Below, piece after piece: positions 40,909-51,332 of a stretch of 64,000 nucleotides of DNA. Location: assembly GCA_963804995.1 (NCBI GenBank), contig CAWDSK010000006.1, positions 1,120,001 through 1,184,000 on the forward strand, in the 5' to 3' direction. This DNA is from an uncultured Acidobacteriota bacterium (GTDB taxonomy: Bacteria; Acidobacteriota; Terriglobia; UBA7540). The number at the start of each line of letters is the position of its first letter. Position 1 is the stretch's first letter. Made by a program: the position numbers and the translations under genes. The notes beneath the pieces were generated by a model. The model saw only the letters and a list, made by a program, of their open reading frames with translations. It was not told the origin of the DNA and made no database searches.

Positions 40909-42057
40909 ATGGCTACCGAAGTCCAGGTGCAATCATTCGCTGCTAACGAAGTTCCGGCGCAATCCTTCTTGAAGAAGCGCGTGGCCTGCATTGACGCCTT
41001 GCGCGGGTTCGACATGTTTTGGATCGCGGGTGGCGAAGGAATCATCCGCGCCATGTACAAGGTGTGGCCCAACTCGGTCACGGGCGGGCTCGATGTGCAA
41101 TTTCAACACGTCTACTGGGAAGGCTTTCACTTTTATGATCTGATATTCCCGCTCTTCCTCTTCGTAGTCGGGCTGGTGCTGCCGTTTTCGCTCACCCGGC
41201 GCTTGGAGGAGGGCGCCAATCGCCGCCAGCTTTATGGCCACCTGGTGCGGCGCTTGCTGCTGCTCCTGCTGCTGGGCTACCTTTACAACGGGCTGCTTGA
41301 TTTCAACCTTCACAACCTGCGCATTTCCGGCGTGCTGCAACGCATCGCGATATGCTATTTTCTGGCAGCGCTGGTGGTGATGAATACGCGCATCCGCGGC
41401 CAGGCCTGGGTAGCGGGTGGAATCCTAGTGGTCTACTGGCTGATATTGAAATTCGTGCCCGTGCCCGGAATCGGCGCCGGGGTATTAACGCCGGATGGCA
41501 ACCTGGTGGCTTACCTCGATCGCCTCATCCTTCCGCGCCCCTATTGTTGTTACTACTTTGGTGACAACGAAGGCCTGCTGTCGAATCTCCCCGCGGTGGC
41601 GACGACGCTGCTCGGCGTGTTGGCGGGCCATTGGCTGCGCTCCAAAAACCCGCCGAATCGCAAGGCGCTGGGCCTGGCAGTTGCAGGCGTTGCCAGCCTG
41701 CTCCTCGCGCTGGTCTGGAGTTTTGACTTTCCCATCATCAAAAACATCTGGACAAGCACGTTCGTGCTCTGCGCCGGCGGCTGGAGCCTGCTGCTCCTCG
41801 CGCTGTTCTACTGGGTCATCGACGTGCGCGGCGTCGCGCGTTGGTCGTTCTTCTTCAAGGTGATTGGCATGAACGCCATCACCATTTACATTGTCGACCG
41901 GTTTTTCCGATTCAGCATCATCTCCAACATTTTCCTGCATGGCCTCAATAAGTATTTGGGCGCTTTGCAGCCACTCGTCGACGCCTGTGGCGTGGTCGCG
42001 GCCATGTGGCTGTTCCTGTATTTCCTCTATCGCCAGAAAATCTTCCTGAAGGTTTAG
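40909..42057 (+). CDS. Heparan-alpha-glucosaminide N-acetyltransferase-like membrane protein (NagX/DUF5009)
   Basis: IDALRGFDMFWI, H..WEG...YDLIFPLFLF, GVLQRIA, EGLLS, PIIKNIWTSTF, IGMNAI. Confidence 0.88.
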   Translation: MATEVQVQSFAANEVPAQSFLKKRVACIDALRGFDMFWIAGGEGIIRAMYKVWPNSVTGGLDVQFQHVYWEGFHFYDLIFPLFLFVVGLVLPFSLTRRLEEGANRRQLYGHLVRRLLLLLLLGYLYNGLLDFNLHNLRISGVLQRIAICYFLAALVVMNTRIRGQAWVAGGILVVYWLILKFVPVPGIGAGVLTPDGNLVAYLDRLILPRPYCCYYFGDNEGLLSNLPAVATTLLGVLAGHWLRSKNPPNRKALGLAVAGVASLLLALVWSFDFPIIKNIWTSTFVLCAGGWSLLLLALFYWVIDVRGVARWSFFFKVIGMNAITIYIVDRFFRFSIISNIFLHGLNKYLGALQPLVDACGVVAAMWLFLYFLYRQKIFLKV

Positions 42058-42206
42058 CCCGGATTTTTCAACAAGCGGTTGACTCGGAAGAGCGGAGCGA
42101 AGAACCGGGCAAAGCCCTTCCTGAGGGGAGTCCGACTTGGGAGGACTGCTGAGGGGTACTTCGCTACCACAGCACGAATGGTTCCAGCGTCACATTGACA
42201 CTTTCA

Positions 42207-42755
42207 TCAGGTAACCCGCGCCCAATCTTCGGCGAGCAGGCCGTAGATTTCGATATCGAGGTAATGTTCGTCGAAGGCTTGCGACTGGCGCAGCAGGCCT
42301 TCCTTCGAAAACCCCAAGCGTTTAGGGATGGCGCAGCTTTTGGGGTTACTGACGGCGCAGCGGATTTCCACACGTTTCAGTTTGAGGTCATTGAACAGGT
42401 AATCGAGCAGGGCGCGGCAGGCGCCGGTGACCAAACCTTTTCCCTGGTAGGCTTCGCCCAGCCAATAGCCGATGCTGGTCGAGCGGTTCTCCCAGTCAAT
42501 GCGCCCCGCCCCGATGATTCCTGCCAGCCGGCCTTCCCACCAGATCCCCATCGTCACGCCCGAGTTCGACGCCAACTGCTCGAGCGAAGTGCGGATAAGC
42601 GTTTGGCAGTCCTCGGGGGTTTTCTGCACATCCCACTCCGGCAGCCACTGGCGCAGGAAAGTGCGGTTCTGGTCGATCAGCGCAAACAGTTCGTCGGCAT
42701 GCTGATACCCGAGCAGCCGAAGCTCAGCGCCTTCCGCAAAGGAGTGGGAGAGCAT
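42207..42755 (-). CDS. RimJ/RimL family GNAT acetyltransferase
   Basis: IGYWLGEAYQGKGLVT, N.KS.AIPKRLGF..EG.LRQ. Confidence 0.92.
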   Translation of the reverse strand: MLSHSFAEGAELRLLGYQHADELFALIDQNRTFLRQWLPEWDVQKTPEDCQTLIRTSLEQLASNSGVTMGIWWEGRLAGIIGAGRIDWENRSTSIGYWLGEAYQGKGLVTGACRALLDYLFNDLKLKRVEIRCAVSNPKSCAIPKRLGFSKEGLLRQSQAFDEHYLDIEIYGLLAEDWARVT

Positions 42756-42826
42756 GGTTGGTCGTTATCGTCTGTTTGAGTGCGTCCCGCCCAAGAGTGT
42801 GGGCGCACCACGCGGGGGCCGGGCGC

Positions 42827-43216
42827 TCAGGCCACCGCCTCCGCTTCGATTTCCACCAGCATCTCGGGATCGACGAGGCGCGCCACGCCGATCAAGGTGG
42901 TGGCGGGGTGGACATTGCCGAAGAACTCCACGTGGGCCTTCGCGACTTCCTCCCAACGCTCGATGTCGGTCACGTAGATGCGGGTGCGCACCACGTGTTC
43001 GAGGCCCAATCCTAGGCGCTGCAGGGCGCTTTCGATATTGCGAATCGTCTGCACTGACTGCGCATACATATCGCCGGGCGCCAGCACTTTGCCGGAGGGG
43101 TCGGTGCCCGTGGTGCCGGAAACATGCACGACATCACCCACCTGCACGGCGCGCGCGTATCCCACCTTGGGTTCCCACGGTGTGCCGGAAAATGTTTTAT
43201 TTCGTTTAACCTTCAT
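42827..43216 (-). CDS. RidA (YjgF/UK114) family protein
   Basis: WEPKVGYARAV, VSGTT, VVRTRIYV, PATTL, LVEIEAEA. Confidence 0.92.
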   Translation of the reverse strand: MKVKRNKTFSGTPWEPKVGYARAVQVGDVVHVSGTTGTDPSGKVLAPGDMYAQSVQTIRNIESALQRLGLGLEHVVRTRIYVTDIERWEEVAKAHVEFFGNVHPATTLIGVARLVDPEMLVEIEAEAVA

Positions 43217-43278
43217 ATGTGCACCTCCAATTCCCACGTTGCGATCTTGGTCGCGCAACTACGGGATGCGTGCGCTTG

Positions 43279-43791
43279 CTAAGCTTTCTCGAAATATCGT
43301 CGATGGGCACGGGCCGCGAGGGCCAACCGTTGCCGGCGTCTTTCCAGCGCCTCACGGTAGCGCCGCTTCTCTGCCGCGGTCCGAGGTATCAACGGAGGGA
43401 CTTCCTGGGGTTTACCGGCGGGGTCGAGCGCCACGTAGGTGACGAAGGCCGAACTGGTCTGCCGCCGCTCGCCGGTCAGGTAATCCTCCAGGTAAACGCG
43501 CACTTCCGCTTCCATGGAGGTGCGGAAGGCACGCGTAATGTGGGCGCGCAGGACGATGAGCTCGCCCACGCGAATGGGGTAAAGAAAATCCAGGTTATCG
43601 ACAGCCACGGTCACCACCTGGGAGCGGGCGTGCCGGTGCGCCGCCACGGCCCCGGCAATGTCAATCAAGTGCATCACCTTGCCACCCAGCATGTTGCCCA
43701 ACGGATTGGCGTCATTGGGAAGCACCACTTCCACCATCTCCACGGCGGATTGAGCGACGCTTCTCCCTGCGGGTTTCGCCATGGCCTTCAA
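43279..43791 (-). CDS. Acyl-CoA thioesterase (hotdog fold, YciA-like)
   Basis: PNDANPLGNMLGG, VVTVAVD, TSMEAEV, TYVALD. Confidence 0.92.
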   Translation of the reverse strand: MKAMAKPAGRSVAQSAVEMVEVVLPNDANPLGNMLGGKVMHLIDIAGAVAAHRHARSQVVTVAVDNLDFLYPIRVGELIVLRAHITRAFRTSMEAEVRVYLEDYLTGERRQTSSAFVTYVALDPAGKPQEVPPLIPRTAAEKRRYREALERRRQRLALAARAHRRYFEKA

Positions 43792-44280
43792 TCTTCAGAA
43801 CGAATAATTGCTGATCGACGCACACCCGCGAGATGTAACCTGCGGATGAGGAGCGCTCAGGCTCGGGGTTCTGCACCTTCCTGGGGCTGGTCCGCTTCGA
43901 ATTTCCGAACCACCACGAGGTTGGGGCGGGATCGCTCAGGCTGAATTTCCGCCCGTGCGCAACCCCGCTGAAAGGTTTTGCCTTGCCTAGTTCGCCTGTC
44001 TATACTAAGCGAGCCGCTGGAACGATGCAACCGGTTTCAGGCGAGCCGGTCGGTTTGTTTCTTGGAGCGAAGGTCTACCGGTGCCGATGTCTTTGGGTTG
44101 AATTGAATTTACAACCCTCGCCCCTTTGGGGGAGAGGGTGGACCGCCGCCGGCGCGTTCATCAGCCGGGGCGGGACGGGTGAGGGGGTCAAAACCGGAAC
44201 ACAGCGCAACGACGCTGCCCCCGACACTCAGATGCATCGCGATTTGTGACTCACTACCCGCAAGCCCGGAGGGAAGAGCT

Positions 44281-44607
44281 TTGGAACCCGAAAAAACCCG
44301 CCGCGAATTCCTGGAAGAGGCCTTGCAGCAAGATCCGGGGAATACCTTCGCACGCTATGGCCTCGCGCTGGAACTCGCCAAAACTGAGCCGGCGGCCGCC
44401 TGGCTGCATTTCGAGCACCTGCTCCTCAATCATCCCGAATACGCCGCCACCTACTACCAGGCCGGCATGTTCCTCCTCGCGCAGGGACGGCCTGAGGACG
44501 CGCGCAAGGTGCTGGCCGCCGGAGTGGAAGTCACCGGCCGTCAAAACAAACAACACGCCCAGCGTGAGCTCCAGGCCGCCCTGGACGATTTGGAAAACAG
44601 CGTGTAA
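44281..44607 (+). CDS. Tetratricopeptide repeat protein
   Basis: DPGNTFARYGLALE, PEYAATYYQAG; TTG start after GGAGG. Confidence 0.8.
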   Translation: MEPEKTRREFLEEALQQDPGNTFARYGLALELAKTEPAAAWLHFEHLLLNHPEYAATYYQAGMFLLAQGRPEDARKVLAAGVEVTGRQNKQHAQRELQAALDDLENSV

Positions 44608-44941
44608 TGTGGACCATTTTTGTATTTCCGCGGTTTGTTTACCGCAGAGGCGCAGAGACGCAGAGAAGAATGATTTGCTTCAAGTCTCTGTGCCTCCGTT
44701 TCTCTGCGGTGAGAAGGATCATAGGGAGACCGACCTACAAAACAGGTACGCACTCCACTTGCTTTAACGCGTCTCAACCCACGCCGCCCGCCGCGAAACG
44801 CCGGTTGCAAGTAAATTGATAAAAAGAAATGGGTTGACTTGGCAACTAAGGTGCGTTATCTAGACTGGTAACCTTTAGCCTGATACAAGTTGGACCCAAG
44901 CGACCTTGCCCATCAGATTCTGATCTTGCGGCGTTTGCCAT

Positions 44942-45595
44942 ATGGAACTAAGCTGCCTTCGCACCTACCCGCGAGTTGACGTTGATCTACCGGTCGAATA
45001 CGAATTGCAGGGCGCAACGCATCTTACCCGAGCTATAAACCTCGGCGGCGGCGGCCTCGTCCTTGCCATCACCGAGCCGGTAGCTCCAGATACCAAACTG
45101 AGTATCGGATTTCAACCGGCCAAGCACCTTCCGCTGGTAAAGGCGACGGTGAGAGTCTGCTACCAAACCGCCGACCGGGGGGTTGCTGCCGAATTCACGG
45201 AAATTCAGCCTGAGGATCGCCAGATGATCCTGCGGCTGGTTCTCCACCGCATGGTCCAAAAGCGCCAGTATCCTCGCAAGCCACTCGTTACCCAGGTGGG
45301 GTATAACTCAGGAACCTTCCTCGGCTTCTCCCGAAGTGTCAGCGCGGGAGGCATGTTTATTGAGACCAAGGAACCCATTTTTGGGGGTTCCAAGCTCACC
45401 TTGGCGTTCAATTTGGAGGATGGCGGCCCCATCGTCCGGGTAATTGCGGAGGTCCTCTACGTGGTAACGAAGCTGGGCATCGGGGTGCGATTCATCGATC
45501 TATCGGCATCCGACCGAAGCCGCATCGACGCCTACGCATCCGAGGGGGAACCGGGTGACGCGGATTTACAGTCGAGGGCCGCGGGCCTGGCTTGA
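44942..45595 (+). CDS. Tandem PilZ-domain protein (c-di-GMP receptor)
   Basis: Two RxxxR motifs (RTYPR, RQYPR) with NLGGGG and SVSAGG. Confidence 0.85.
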   Translation: MELSCLRTYPRVDVDLPVEYELQGATHLTRAINLGGGGLVLAITEPVAPDTKLSIGFQPAKHLPLVKATVRVCYQTADRGVAAEFTEIQPEDRQMILRLVLHRMVQKRQYPRKPLVTQVGYNSGTFLGFSRSVSAGGMFIETKEPIFGGSKLTLAFNLEDGGPIVRVIAEVLYVVTKLGIGVRFIDLSASDRSRIDAYASEGEPGDADLQSRAAGLA

Positions 45596-45878
45596 TTGAT
45601 CGGGGAAGTTTTTCACCGCAGAGGCGCAGAGACGCGGAGAGAAGCAGGTGTTGGGTGCCAGGTGACAGGTGACAGGGGCAAGTAAGAACCTGACACCTGG
45701 TACCTGATACCTGACCCCTGCTCTTCCGTGTCTGTGGTGAATCTTTTCCTGCATGGCACTCGAAGAAGTTGGCTCGAAGTACTACACTGTCCTTCATCCC
45801 GGGCACCAGCGCGCCCGTGCAGGAATCAGAGAACCTCCCGTGGTAGAATGCCCGCATTCCCGCGTTCGGGAGGTGCCG

Positions 45879-46442
45879 ATGCGGCCCCGATTAGTCCCGC
45901 TTATTCTCCTCATACCCCTGATTCTGACGCCGCCCGTGAGGGCGCACCAGAAACTCGTAGCGCCGACCTTGAGGTCGGCATTCTGTAGCGGCGGTGTCCC
46001 CACCGCCGGTCGGCGGTCGGAGACCGCCGCTGCAGTAGCGAATGCGTCGGCATGTGCCGCCATGCTCCCGGCCCTGCCTGCGGGAGCGCCGCAAAATCCA
46101 AAACCCTTCACCCAAGAGCAGGTCGAAGGCCTGGTGCGAGACGGGTTGGGCGATGATTCGGGCGCCAAGCTGATCGAGCAGCGCGGGATTGATTTCGCCC
46201 CGGCGGAAGACTTTCTCCGAAGCCTCAAGGCCGCAGGCGCGAGCGAGGCGTTTCTTAACGCGCTCCGCGCCGCGGTAGCGCCGGGCTTGAGCCCGGCACA
46301 TGCCGCCCTCAAGGGCGGCTCTACGGCTGCCGGCCCGCCCGCGAGCGCCAAGAAGCCGCTGAACCAAGTGCAGGTTTTCGCCTTGCTGGCTGGCCAAGTG
46401 CCGAGCCACCATGCTGGTGAGGGAGCGTGGCAACGAGCATGA
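45879..46442 (+). pseudogene. Truncated secreted protein with repeated helical domain and in-frame REP insertions
   Basis: GGGAGG RBS and signal peptide; repeat 1 KPFTQEQV...EQRGIDF; repeat 2 KPLNQVQV...PSH breaks frame at ~46410 (MLVRERG in another frame) and stops. Confidence 0.6.
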
Positions 46443-46605
46443 GTAACGCCCACGGTCAGGACTGCACTGACCGCTCCCTGCTCGACCAGGGGTTAGTTTT
46501 TGGATTCGAACGCATCAATCTGAGGAAGAACCACAGACCGCAAGAACAGGGGATTGCCCTACGTTTACTTTGAAGTGTGTCGACGTTACCTATACACTTT
46601 AACGG

Positions 46606-47316
46606 ATGATAAACGACAAGAAGGCAGCGCCTCCTACAGCGAGCGGAGGAGATATTGCCCACACCTTCGTCAGGGTTGGGTTGTCTGCTATTCCTTTTGT
46701 GGGTGGCCCGGCAGTAGAGCTCTTCTCTGCGCTTATTACACCACCTTTGGCCAAGAGACGCGATAACTGGATCCGATCAATTGCTGAGGGTCTTGAAGAC
46801 CTTGAGAAAAAAGTCGATGGTTTCAAGATTGACTCGCTCCCAGGCAACGACGCATTTGTGACCGCAGTCATGCATGCCAGTCAAGCGGCGATTCGCAATC
46901 ACCAGCAAGAAAAACTAGAGGCGCTTCGCAATGCAGTGCTGAACGTTGCGACAGGTAATGCTCCCGACGAAGACCTTCAGTTGATGTTTTTGAACTTCAT
47001 TGACACATTGACTGCGTGGCATTTGCGGATTTTGCGTTTCTTTCAAGATCCTGCGGGCTATGGTGCGGCAAGGGGGGTGGGTTACCCCAACTGGTCCACA
47101 GGGGGACTATCTAATGTTATGGAGCACACTTTCTCGGAATTGCGAGGGCAGCGCGCTTTTTACGATCAAATCGTCAGCGACCTTTACTCACGTGGTCTCA
47201 TGAGTTCGGATGCTAGCGGGTTACATACGATGATGACAGCCGCTGGCATGTTCGCAAAGAGGACGACGCCAATGGGTGAAGGATTCCTCGCATTCGTGTC
47301 TTCACCTGTAAAGTAA
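46606..47316 (+). CDS. Hypothetical protein, Abi-alpha/DUF4393-like
   Basis: LSAIPFVGG N-terminus, helical core, DL.SRGL...TTPMGEGFLAFV winged-helix-like end; family call from memory only. Confidence 0.5.
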   Translation: MINDKKAAPPTASGGDIAHTFVRVGLSAIPFVGGPAVELFSALITPPLAKRRDNWIRSIAEGLEDLEKKVDGFKIDSLPGNDAFVTAVMHASQAAIRNHQQEKLEALRNAVLNVATGNAPDEDLQLMFLNFIDTLTAWHLRILRFFQDPAGYGAARGVGYPNWSTGGLSNVMEHTFSELRGQRAFYDQIVSDLYSRGLMSSDASGLHTMMTAAGMFAKRTTPMGEGFLAFVSSPVK

Positions 47317-47422
47317 TTTGATCCGAGAAATTGTTCCTAACGCGATATGTTTCCTTACTGCTGCCTCACTCGTGGTCATCCTAGGGGGACGGTAGTGTAC
47401 CCGCTGCGGGAATGGGGACGGT

Positions 47423-48232
47423 TTGACCAAGAATCAAACGGATTACGCACGCAAAATGCGGAAGCTTGTCGAGATGGCGGTTGACCCTAGCCGTGAAGTA
47501 CTCGAATCAACGCTTCTCATGCTCAAGAATGCCTTAAGAGAGCAGAGCGAACGGGAAGTTGTGATTTCCCATTCGGGGTCCAGATATGCATGCCCACAAG
47601 CCCACGACCTTACGCTCGCAACCAAGGCTGCAATCGACAGAGTGAATCTCAGGCTGGGAAGGCACGCTCTCGGAAGCGACGAGGTTGGACAATCCCGTGC
47701 GACGGGCGCGGTGTCGTCTCAAATTGTGATCAGCTTGCCCGCGCTGATAATTTCACAGGGATACTCGGCCGACCTTGTCGAAGGCCTCTCGGACGAAGCG
47801 CGCGCCGCCTTAAATCTAGTCTTAAGAAGATCATGCTTGGGCGGGCAGTCTGTGCAGGAAATCATCGCGCAGATCGGCAAGGCGATCGGGGAAGGCGAGT
47901 TGGGAACACCTTCGCGCCGGGCGCAAACCATATACCGCACGGAAGTGGGCCGCATGGCGCACATGGGGGAGCAGGCGCGGATGGAACTGGCCGCTCGCAA
48001 CGTGCCTAAACTTGAGAAGCAATGGGTGGCATCCATCTGCCCGATTAGGTCCCATCAAGCAATCAACGGTGCACACGTTCCCATTCGAGGAAAATTCATG
48101 ATTGACGGGGAAGAGTTGATGTTCCCGTATGACCCTGCAGCTTCTTCCCGTAATACCGTCGGCTGCACTTGTGTGATCATGTCGTGGACACAGGGATTCG
48201 AAAGAATCGCTCCGACGCGACGAAGGGGGTAG
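47423..48232 (+). CDS. Phage Mu gpF-like (MuF) minor head protein
   Basis: RRAQTIYRTEV, KQWVAS..IRSHQAING, LMFPYDP...NTVGCTC. Confidence 0.75.
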   Translation: MTKNQTDYARKMRKLVEMAVDPSREVLESTLLMLKNALREQSEREVVISHSGSRYACPQAHDLTLATKAAIDRVNLRLGRHALGSDEVGQSRATGAVSSQIVISLPALIISQGYSADLVEGLSDEARAALNLVLRRSCLGGQSVQEIIAQIGKAIGEGELGTPSRRAQTIYRTEVGRMAHMGEQARMELAARNVPKLEKQWVASICPIRSHQAINGAHVPIRGKFMIDGEELMFPYDPAASSRNTVGCTCVIMSWTQGFERIAPTRRRG

Positions 48233-48355
48233 CGACGGTCAGTACTGTCTGACGGTGGCCTTTTGCTTCGATGACGGACCCACGGTCAATTCCCAAGACG
48301 AATTGGCCGTGGCTACCTTCGGGTCACACAACCTCGGGCGCCGTTCGAACGGCGG
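48229..48355. repeat. REP-like doublet (GTAGCCACGGTCAG family); right part repeated at 51346-51427
   Basis: Shared CCCACGGTCAATTCCCAAGACGAATTGGCCGTGGC...CGGGTCACACAACCTC. Confidence 0.8.
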
Positions 48356-48362
48356 GCTGGCG

Positions 48363-50276
48363 GTTGCGGTAGGGATACCGGTTACCCGGTACCCCCCGCA
48401 CGGATCCGTACGTGCGCTGGTTAGCGCATACGGCTCTTATCTCGGATGTGTGGCGGCGAACCGTTGGGATGGCCAAGGATGCACAACGTGCGGAGCAGGC
48501 AACCAGCAGGCCGCAAGCTTCCCCAGTCGGTCCCAGTTGAGGCGGTGGCGTTGACTGCGTTGACGCAGTTGCGTTCGCCACAGTCGGGTCAACCGTTCCC
48601 GAAAGATTCGCAGGCGGTCGAGGTTTCCCGGTACCGCGTGATAGTTGAAGTAGCCTTGCACGACCGACCGGAGCCATTTACCCGTATCCGCGATGGGATC
48701 GTGCCGACGCTGCCGGAGTTGTTGCTTGAGTTCCTGCAACTTCCCCCGCAGGCGCTTGCTGATCGTCTTCCGCTTCACGGTAAATTGCCCCCTCCGGTTC
48801 TTCCCGCTGATATGCGTGAAGCCCAGAAAGTCGAACGTCTCCGGCTTACCTTCTCCTCTCCGTTTCCGGTAAAGTTCGGCAAACGGCCCGAACTCGAATC
48901 CGGCGCGTTTTGTCAGGATGCAGTTCCAATCCAAACTTCCCCACCCGCTCCCGGAAATCCTCCAGAAAGCGGTCGGCTTCCGTCTGCGATTGGAATCCAA
49001 GGACCGTATCGTCGGCATACCGCACCACGACCACGTCTCCCCGGGCGTGCTTCTTGCGCCACGCCTGCACCCACAGGTCAAAGACGTAGTGCAGATAGAT
49101 ATTCGCCAGCAGGGGCGAGACCACCGCCCCTTGTGGCGTACCCATCTCCGTCTCCGACCATTCGCCTTCCTCCCTCACCCCGGCTTTCAGCCATTTCTGG
49201 ATGAGCCGGAGAATCCGGGGGTCGGCGACGCGATGCTGCACGAACTTGAGCATCCATTCGTGGGATATCGAATCGAAAAATCCACGAATGTCCGCGTCAA
49301 GAACGTAGTTCACGTGCTTCACCGTGAGCGCGTACGAGAGCGCGTCCAGCGCTTGATGCTGGCTGCATCCCGGTCGAAAGCCATACGAGAAGCCCAGAAA
49401 GTCTTCCTCGTAAATCGCCTTGAGGATGGTGACCACGGCCTGTTGGACGATCTTGTCCTCCAGTGCCGCAACCCCCAACGGACGTTGCCGCCCGTCGCCT
49501 TTCGGGATATACGCCCTTCGCGAGGGCTTCGCTCGGAATGCTCCGCGGTGGACCCGGCTGTGCAGATCGACGAGTCGACCTTCCAGCCCGCTTTCATACT
49601 CCTGCCACGTCATGCCGTCTACTCCCGGTGCAGCTTTTCGCTTCAAGGCGTAAAAGCTTTCCCGCAGCAGATCGACCGTTAAGTGGTGGAGCAAGGCCGT
49701 GAACTTCATCTCCCTGTGTTCCTTCGCGGCTTTCCGCACACCCGCGAGTCCCTGGGACACGCGTGCCCCGCTCTGTGTCGGGTGCGTGTTAGGCCAACGG
49801 GTGTTCTCCTTGATCAGCGGCCTTCCCTCCTCATTCTCCGCCAACGGCTTCCCGTCTTTGTTCAAATGATTCATCGGTACTGTTCCGCTGTCCGACTCCT
49901 CGAAAGCGTGCAGGCGGGCTGTACGGCCATCGCCTTTTCCCGCCGTCCGGCCACGATCTACGGCGGCCGGCGCCTCCGAGGTCTCCCGGTTCTCATGCAG
50001 AAAGTGTCTAGGCGTGTCTGGGGTCTACGACTACGCAGGACTGTGCCGGAACTCGCGTTGGCGTCCCGGCCTCATGTTGCCTTCCGTTTAGTCTGAAAAC
50101 GTCGGCGTCCTGATTGGACATTTTCGAAGCTCAATACCCAGCCCACCTATTCCCCTGTTTACGCTTCACCGTGCGCCTCACGACGCCCAGCGCAAAACTC
50201 GGGGCCGAGTGGATCGCTGCTCCTTCCTCGTGAGAAATTTTCATTCTCTGCTTTCTGCCGGTTTATCCCGGCGCAC
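48363..50276 (-). mobile_element. Group II intron (bacterial, no endonuclease domain), 1914 nt
   Basis: 5' end GTGCGCCGGG at 50276; domain V GAGCCGTATGCG...CGTACGGATC; domain VI GGTACCGG..CCGGTATCCCTACCGC, 3' end AAC at 48363. Confidence 0.93.
48437..49874 (-). CDS. ltrA: Group II intron reverse transcriptase/maturase, +1 frameshift near 48895
   Basis: APGVDG, RPLG, SYGFRP, DADIRGFFD, GTPQG, RYADD; maturase X (FDFLGF, QGYFNYH) continues in another frame. Confidence 0.92.
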
Positions 50277-50696
50277 CAGACCTAGTTGTTGGGGGTCTGC
50301 GATTTCGCGAAGCGACTTGTAGGAGCTGACGGCTCATACGAATCGGCTGGGAGAAGGGCACGCTGCCGGAGAGCAGTCCCGCGCCAAAGCCATGCCCGAA
50401 GGGAGTCCCTTAGGGAGATCGCAGACCCCAAAGTGCGGGGGTCTGCGCCAGCCCCGGGTGCATTGTCCAGCGCAAAATCGTTGTAACCTGGCCACCGCCA
50501 GACGAACCCACAGTCAGGAAGGCGCTGACCGTGGCTACCCCCCCAAGTCCGCCGCCACCCTTCGTGGCACGTCGGTGTGTAGCCACGGGCACAGCTCTCC
50601 TGACCGTGGACTTTTCCTTCGATGACAAACGCAATTCCCAAGGCGAATTGAGTGGCTTACGTTTGTTCGGTGGCAGCAGGTAGGGGGTTGCAAGGT

Positions 50697-51023
50697 CTAT
50701 GCGAGATCGGACGCCTTAATCTTGCGTCTTGCGCCGTGGCGGATGGTGAGCACTGACACCGCTTGGCGGCCTTCATCGACTTCATAAATGACCCGATAGA
50801 CGTGAGGCTTCCTGCCATAAAGCAGGTTCCGTAACTCTCGCTTCATCCTCCGAGCCTCCGGGGCTACGGGGCAGCGTTGGGGGTACGATGCGAGGCCATA
50901 GACCGCCAGCTCCAACTCGTTATACCACCGCGCCGCAGCGTGTGACTCCGCAGCGTTCTTTTCCAGATAAAGGATTTCAAGATCGCGGACCGCGCGAGCG
51001 GCAAACTCAACGAGGTATGTCAT
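50697..51023 (-). CDS. RelE/ParE family toxin
   Basis: YLVEFAARAVRDL, PQRCPVAPE, YRVIYEVD, VLTIRHGAR. Confidence 0.9.
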   Translation of the reverse strand: MTYLVEFAARAVRDLEILYLEKNAAESHAAARWYNELELAVYGLASYPQRCPVAPEARRMKRELRNLLYGRKPHVYRVIYEVDEGRQAVSVLTIRHGARRKIKASDLA

Positions 51024-51297
51024 GTTTGCGGCGAATCTCGTCAAATACCTCTCTCGCCGGGCGAGTGCGTCCGTGGGCGACGTCATCCAAGCCCTGACGA
51101 ATGCCTTCCTCGGCATCGGCCTGGGCGGCAATATCGAGCAATCGCTGATAGGCTTCGGCGTCCTGTACGATGGCCGCTGCTTTCCCCCTCACGGTGAGCA
51201 CCACGGGACGCTTGTTCCTTCTGAGCTGTTTCATGAAATCGCCGGACCGGCGGCGGAAGGTTGTCAGCGACTGGATGTCCTTGGTAATGTCAAGCAT
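51007..51297 (-). CDS. Phd/YefM family antitoxin
   Basis: DIQSLTTFRR, PVVLTVRGKAAAIVQD; overlaps the toxin start. Confidence 0.9.
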   Translation of the reverse strand: MLDITKDIQSLTTFRRRSGDFMKQLRRNKRPVVLTVRGKAAAIVQDAEAYQRLLDIAAQADAEEGIRQGLDDVAHGRTRPAREVFDEIRRKHDIPR

Positions 51298-51314
51298 GGA
51301 CCTGCTCCTTTAAA

Positions 51315-51332
51315 AGCACCTTTTTAGGTGCT
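51315..51332. promoter_or_regulatory. Palindromic operator upstream of the Phd-ParE operon
   Basis: AGCACCT-TTTT-AGGTGCT just upstream of the RBS. Confidence 0.55.

Noticed and set aside
48437..49874. RT as a retron, DGR or defence-associated RT
   Set aside because: It has a maturase X domain and sits within a complete group II intron RNA (GUGCG start, domains V and VI)
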